DNA of 64,000 nucleotides from Bdellovibrionia bacterium (GTDB lineage Bacteria; Bdellovibrionota; UBA1018; JBILEK01): NCBI GenBank assembly GCA_044352155.1, contig JBILEK010000001.1, positions 27,516 to 91,515 of the forward strand, read 5' to 3'. Shown piece by piece: positions 56,586 to 64,000 of this stretch (position 1 is its first letter; each line of letters starts with the position of its first letter). The notes under the pieces were generated by a model. It saw only the letters and a program-made list of their open reading frames with translations, ran no database searches and was not told where the DNA came from. The position numbers and the translations under genes were made by a program.

Positions 56586-57446
56586 ATGAAAAATCTAGGC
56601 AAATGGTGCCTCTTAGGCATCCCCGATCACACCGGCATTGAACAGATCCGAGGACGCTTAGGAGCTGCTCATGGTCCACGCGCGTTCCGCGAAATCTTCG
56701 GCCTCTTTAAGGGCGAAGACGGGGTGCTTGAGTCGATGGTCGATCAGGGCGACGCGCCGACTCAAGGTAAGGACCCTCACGAACAAATCGCAGATTGGAT
56801 CGCTCTAAGACATGCCGAGCACGGAACAAGTGTGATCGTCGGCGGAGGACACGATCATGGTTTCACGCAGCTCCTTGCACTCTCACGCGCACTCGGGTCT
56901 CGAACTCGACTCGGCTGCATCAATATCGATGCGCACTTAGATCTACGCAAGCCCTCACCCCGTATCACCAGTGGATCACCTTTTTATCTCGCAATCGAGC
57001 AGGGGGTACTTGAGCCCAGTCGACTGATCGAATTCGGGATCCAACGTCACTGCAACGGGACTGAGCTCTGGAGCTATGCACGTTCAAAAAAAATCCGCGT
57101 CAAATGCTTCGAAGATATTCCGCCACAAAAAGCCACCTCCCTATTCAAGCAGGAACTCCGCTCTCTTGCTCGCCGCTGTGATGCCATCGTACTGAGCTTT
57201 GATCTCGATGCATGCGCTCAAGCGTTTGCACCTGGAGTCTCAGCCCCGCAGGCGGATGGCTTTAGTTCCAAAGAGGCGATCGAGTTTATGCGCATCGCTG
57301 CTGCAGAAAAAAAAGTGCACTCCTTAGGGATTTTTGAGCTGAACCCTTTTCTCGATATCGACTTTAGGACTGCACGCCTTGCAGCGACTTGCGCCTACCA
57401 CTTTATCGCTCATCGCCGCGCAAGCATTCGAGGTAAAAAACGATGA
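56586..57446 (+). CDS. arginase-family ureohydrolase (formimidoylglutamase/agmatinase-like)
   Basis: Mn-ligand motifs GGGHDH, DAHLD and SFDLDACAQAFAPGVS. Confidence 0.75.
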   Translation: MKNLGKWCLLGIPDHTGIEQIRGRLGAAHGPRAFREIFGLFKGEDGVLESMVDQGDAPTQGKDPHEQIADWIALRHAEHGTSVIVGGGHDHGFTQLLALSRALGSRTRLGCINIDAHLDLRKPSPRITSGSPFYLAIEQGVLEPSRLIEFGIQRHCNGTELWSYARSKKIRVKCFEDIPPQKATSLFKQELRSLARRCDAIVLSFDLDACAQAFAPGVSAPQADGFSSKEAIEFMRIAAAEKKVHSLGIFELNPFLDIDFRTARLAATCAYHFIAHRRASIRGKKR

Positions 57447-58924
57447 ATCCTATTCTCGCAATCGATCAAGGCACTACGGGCACAAAAGTGCTTGTGATGA
57501 ACTCAAAGTTAAATGTGCTCGCCGAGGCTTATGTACCGTTTGAGCAGCACTTTCCAAAACCGGGCTTAGTGGAGCACGATCTTGATCAAATTTGGAACTC
57601 AGTTCTTCAAGGAATCAAACACGTCAGTGAGCGTGTTGATTTAAGAACAGTCGCTGCAATCGGCATTACCAATCAGCGCGAGACCATAGGCTTTTGGGAT
57701 CGAAAGACTCTTCAACCTCTATCGCGAGCGATCGTGTGGCAAGACCGCAGAACCTCAAAAATCTGCGAAGCTCTCAAAAGAAAGGGGCTTGAAAAAAAGA
57801 TTCGGTTTCAGACAGGTCTCCTGCTCGATCCTTACTTTAGTGGAACTAAAATCTCTTGGGCGATCAAACACTTGTCCGAACTCCGCGCTGCTCAACGACG
57901 AGGCACGCTTGCCTTGGGGACGATGGACACTTTCCTTCTCGCACGGCTCACAGGGGGAAGCGCCTTTGCCACTGAGCCCAGCAACGCTTCACGCACTTTG
58001 CTTTACTCGCTTAAAAACGAATCGTTCACTCAGGATCTCTGCAAGCTTTTTCAAGTCCCTCATGAAGCGCTCGCGGAGATCTTACCCTCTTCGGGACACT
58101 TTGGAAAAACCCGAAACATCCCCGGACTGCCGGATGGAATTCCCATCACCGGAATTCTAGGAGATCAACAGGCTGCGCTTTTTGGGCAAACCTGCTTTGA
58201 GCCCGGGAGCGCCAAATGCACTTACGGGACTGGCGCGTTTCTACTCATGAATACGGGCACACGGCCCGTCATGAGTCGTCATCGACTCCTCACCACTGTG
58301 GCCTGGAACCTTGGCGCGCGCAGTAAAACTGTGTACGCGCTTGAAGGAAGCGCTTTTGTCGCTGGTGCCGCAATTCAGTGGTTACGCGATGGGCTTGGTT
58401 TTTTTGATTCTTCGTCAGAGGTCGAGTCACTCGCCGCTTCCGTACCCTCAAGTGATGGAGTCGTTTTTGTGCCAGCTCTCACGGGCTTGGGAGCACCTTA
58501 CTGGGACCCAAATGCACGAGGACTTTTTTGTGGCCTCACTCGCGGAACGACGCGCGCTCATCTAGCACGCGCTACACTTGAAGGGATCGCACTACAAAAC
58601 GCCGATCTCCTCCAAGCGATGCAAAAGGATTTAGGACGCTCGCTACCGGCGCTCAACGTAGATGGCGGCGCCTCAGCAAACAATCTGCTGATGCAAATTC
58701 AAAGCGATCTGTTGGGTCGCACGCTAAGACGACCCAGTATCCGAGAAACGACAAGTTTGGGTGCCGTATTTGTCGCGGGCTTAGGGGCTGGGATCTGGGG
58801 CGGGCTTGATGAGCTTAAGCGGAGCTGGAAGCTTGAGCGAGAGTTTCGACCCGCAATTGAAGGCTCTCTGAGAAACCAAATGCTCGCCCAGTGGGGTAAG
58901 GCTATCCAACGGACGACCCTTTAG
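57443..58924 (+). CDS. glpK: glycerol kinase
   Basis: FGGY kinase. Begins AIDQGTTGTKVLV ... GITNQRETIGFWDRKT. Overlaps the previous gene by 4 bp. Confidence 0.9.
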   Translation: MNPILAIDQGTTGTKVLVMNSKLNVLAEAYVPFEQHFPKPGLVEHDLDQIWNSVLQGIKHVSERVDLRTVAAIGITNQRETIGFWDRKTLQPLSRAIVWQDRRTSKICEALKRKGLEKKIRFQTGLLLDPYFSGTKISWAIKHLSELRAAQRRGTLALGTMDTFLLARLTGGSAFATEPSNASRTLLYSLKNESFTQDLCKLFQVPHEALAEILPSSGHFGKTRNIPGLPDGIPITGILGDQQAALFGQTCFEPGSAKCTYGTGAFLLMNTGTRPVMSRHRLLTTVAWNLGARSKTVYALEGSAFVAGAAIQWLRDGLGFFDSSSEVESLAASVPSSDGVVFVPALTGLGAPYWDPNARGLFCGLTRGTTRAHLARATLEGIALQNADLLQAMQKDLGRSLPALNVDGGASANNLLMQIQSDLLGRTLRRPSIRETTSLGAVFVAGLGAGIWGGLDELKRSWKLEREFRPAIEGSLRNQMLAQWGKAIQRTTL

Positions 58925-59163
58925 TTTAGTCATTAGTTTTAAATGCTGGAGAAAAACACCCCGTGAATCTCGTATCCTCACTGTAATTTCTCAATGCACA
59001 ATGGGTTAACAGCCCAAGAGCGTGAAGGCTTCTGCAGTTTCTTCAGCTTTGTTTTCTGTTACTCGCACCACGGGTGTGTTGGCGGCTGTAACTATTTCTT
59101 TTAAAGTAGAAAGGGGTGCGATCACTTCCTATAGCGTTCAGCCATCCCCAGCGCTTGCTTGGA

Positions 59164-60594
59164 TCAAAGGCTGGTGGGTGGAGCAGAAAAACTCGCGTTA
59201 CCTGCCTTAGAGCTCAGAGGTTTTCGCATCTCCATCAAACGCGGCAACTCAGCAAGCCGATCTAAAGTGCGGAGCTCGATGCCGCTGATTTTTTTGCAAC
59301 GCTCATAGGCGCTTGCAGGGATCACGCAGGTTGTAAAACCAAGTTTTTTTGCCTCCTCCACTCGGACGTCAACCAGTGGGATCCGACGCACTTCGCCCGT
59401 CAGACCGAGCTCACCAAAAAAAATCCAACCTTGCGGCCACGCACGCCCATCTAAGCTCGACCAAAGAGCTGCTGCTGCTGCGAGGTCTGCTGCCGGCTCA
59501 CTCAAGCGTAACCCGCCAACCACGTTTAAAAAAAGATCGTGCTGCGCTAGTGGTAGACGCAGGTGACGCTCTAAAATCGCGCCAATCAGAGATACACGCG
59601 CAGTATCCATCCCCACAGTCGTACGTCGCGGCATCGCAAGCACTGAGGGCGCCACAAGCGCCTGAAGCTCAACCAAAATCGGACGCGTTCCCTCCATCGA
59701 CGCCGTAATTGCAGTGCCGGCTACTGAGTCCTTTCGGTCACTCAAAAACAGACTCGAGGGATTGAGCACTTCTTCAAGTCCTTCGCTCCCCATTTCAAAT
59801 ACTCCGAGCTCGCGCGAAGAACCGAAGCGATTTTTAACCGTCCGAAGCAATCGAAACGTCTGGGAAGAGTCGCCCTCAAAATAGAGCACCGTATCAACCA
59901 TATGCTCTACAACTTTGGGACCAGCGATGCTCCCCTCTTTGGTGACATGTCCCACAAGCCACACGCAGATCCTGCGACTCTTTGCAAGTTGCATGAGCTT
60001 TGCTGCGATCTCGCGCACCTGACTGACCGAGCCAGGAGCGCTCTCAAGGTCAGAGCTCACAAAGGTCTGAAGCGAGTCCATAATCAGCACTTGAGGCTCA
60101 AGCTCATCGACAAGCGCGAGCGCAGATCCAAGCTCGGTCTCAGCGGCGAGAAAAATCCGCCCTTCCCCCTGCACACCCAAACGCTCGGCGCGAGAGCGAA
60201 TCTGCTCAGCACTTTCCTCCCCGCTGACATAAAGAACTTTCTTGTCTTTCAGTCCGCGCGCCACCTGAAGCAGGATCGTGCTCTTGCCGATCCCAGGGTC
60301 ACCCCCAATCAGAATAAAACTATCCGGAACCATCCCCCCACCCAAGACCCGATCCAGCTCCTGAAGCCCTGTCGATGAGCGAGCGTGCGCCACTTGAGCC
60401 TCAGTCCGCTCCTCCAGACGCTCAAATTTGGGCGCGAGTTTTTGAGTCTTCGGGCGAATCGATGAACTCGCAGACTCCCCTCCAAGGCGCTCCTCAACCA
60501 TTGAGTTCCAGTTTCCGCAGCCCGTACAGCGCCCAAGCCATTTCGGGCTTGTCGTCCCGCACTCCTGACAGACGTAGTGGGTTTTGATTTTCAT
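59164..60594 (-). CDS. radA: DNA repair protein RadA/Sms
   Basis: N-terminal Zn finger CQECGTTSPKWLGRCTGCGNW, then RecA-like ATPase (GGDPGIGKST) and a Lon-like C-terminal domain. Confidence 0.9.
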   Translation of the reverse strand: MKIKTHYVCQECGTTSPKWLGRCTGCGNWNSMVEERLGGESASSSIRPKTQKLAPKFERLEERTEAQVAHARSSTGLQELDRVLGGGMVPDSFILIGGDPGIGKSTILLQVARGLKDKKVLYVSGEESAEQIRSRAERLGVQGEGRIFLAAETELGSALALVDELEPQVLIMDSLQTFVSSDLESAPGSVSQVREIAAKLMQLAKSRRICVWLVGHVTKEGSIAGPKVVEHMVDTVLYFEGDSSQTFRLLRTVKNRFGSSRELGVFEMGSEGLEEVLNPSSLFLSDRKDSVAGTAITASMEGTRPILVELQALVAPSVLAMPRRTTVGMDTARVSLIGAILERHLRLPLAQHDLFLNVVGGLRLSEPAADLAAAAALWSSLDGRAWPQGWIFFGELGLTGEVRRIPLVDVRVEEAKKLGFTTCVIPASAYERCKKISGIELRTLDRLAELPRLMEMRKPLSSKAGNASFSAPPTSL

Positions 60595-60742
60595 TCTTGC
60601 TCCAATGATCTGTGCGTTATCTCTGCGGTGCTCTGACTCGTCAAAGCGTCATTTTATATATTGATTTCAGTGGTTTACGCCAGGCACCGGGTGATCAATG
60701 ACACATTTCTAGCCCAGAACACAGATGTTACTCTCATAAACA

Positions 60743-61129
60743 ATGGGCGGAATCGACGACGATATCGACTTAAGGAAGTATGACTTCAGTGGGGATATCG
60801 ACGCACAAATCGGTGACGATCCAGCGGGGAACACAAAGCTTCGACTGTTCATGAAACGAGCCGATCAACTAATCGAGCGTCTTCAAAATCTCTACACCCA
60901 GTATTTTGTCGGGATCGAAAAGTTTCCTCCCCGCGAACAACGTCAAGCCCTCGATCAGATCATGACACAACTGTACTACATGCCTAAAACGACTCCTGCA
61001 CTTCGCTTCAGGCACTCTACTTTGCAAGGAAAGTATACGAGCGCCAAAGAGCGTTGGGATAAAAAGTGCCGCGACATTGACAGCGGAGTTGTCCTAAGAC
61101 CAAAGAGCGCAAGAAACCGAGCCGCTTAG
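60743..61129 (+). CDS. hypothetical protein (128 aa)
   Basis: ORF with no recognised domain. Confidence 0.35.
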   Translation: MGGIDDDIDLRKYDFSGDIDAQIGDDPAGNTKLRLFMKRADQLIERLQNLYTQYFVGIEKFPPREQRQALDQIMTQLYYMPKTTPALRFRHSTLQGKYTSAKERWDKKCRDIDSGVVLRPKSARNRAA

Positions 61130-61140
61130 GGTCTCAATCA

Positions 61141-63977
<2,837 letters not shown>

Positions 63978-64000
63978 TTTCTGAAATCTTGAAATCTGCT

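Noticed and set aside
58925-59163. AT-rich 240-bp gap between convergent glpK and radA, containing a 62-aa ORF
   Set aside because: It is a convergent terminator region. No promoter or structured-RNA signature was recognised, and the ORF has no features. It is noted only as a compositional dip.

Overview
This is a 64-kb chromosomal segment of moderate GC (about 55%) from a Gram-negative, proteobacterial-type bacterium. The lineage cannot be assigned from sequence alone. All calls below rest on motif and family recognition by eye and on gene arrangement; none has been checked against a database. The backbone is core genome. On the minus strand sits a syntenic rif/str-type cluster: tRNA-Thr(TGT)-Tyr-Gly-Thr(GGT)-tuf-tRNA-Trp-secE-nusG-rplK-rplA-rplJ-rplL-rpoB-rpoC-tRNA-Val, with a hairpin plus U-tract attenuator between rplL and rpoB. 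Other core genes are proS-pyrF-trmH, ahcY with an upstream SAH-riboswitch-like leader, radA, ligA, glpK and rmuC. Three sigma-54 enhancer-binding response regulators, each with its histidine kinase, lie within 20 kb: an NtrY/NtrX-like pair, a ZraPSR-like module, and a USP-flanked PAS-kinase module. Two strong TGGCA-N6-TTGC promoter matches sit upstream of secreted-protein genes in those modules. The accessory content starts at the left edge (positions 1-2300). It is a lower-GC block with the 3' end of an IS3-family transposase, an AraC/GyrI-like regulator and a membrane-anchored SRPBCC protein. The block abuts tRNA-Val, and a 17-bp direct copy of the tRNA 3' end marks its inner boundary. The most unusual gene is a 1259-aa lipoprotein (43986-47765). 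It carries an MTA/SAH-nucleosidase-like (PNP_UDP_1) domain and a C-terminal region whose R / S-T / Q-x-E spacing resembles an ADP-ribosyltransferase toxin fold. An ECF sigma/anti-sigma/DUF3106 operon also appears to need a +1 frameshift in a T6 run to complete the anti-sigma gene. No CRISPR array, rRNA or complete prophage was seen.
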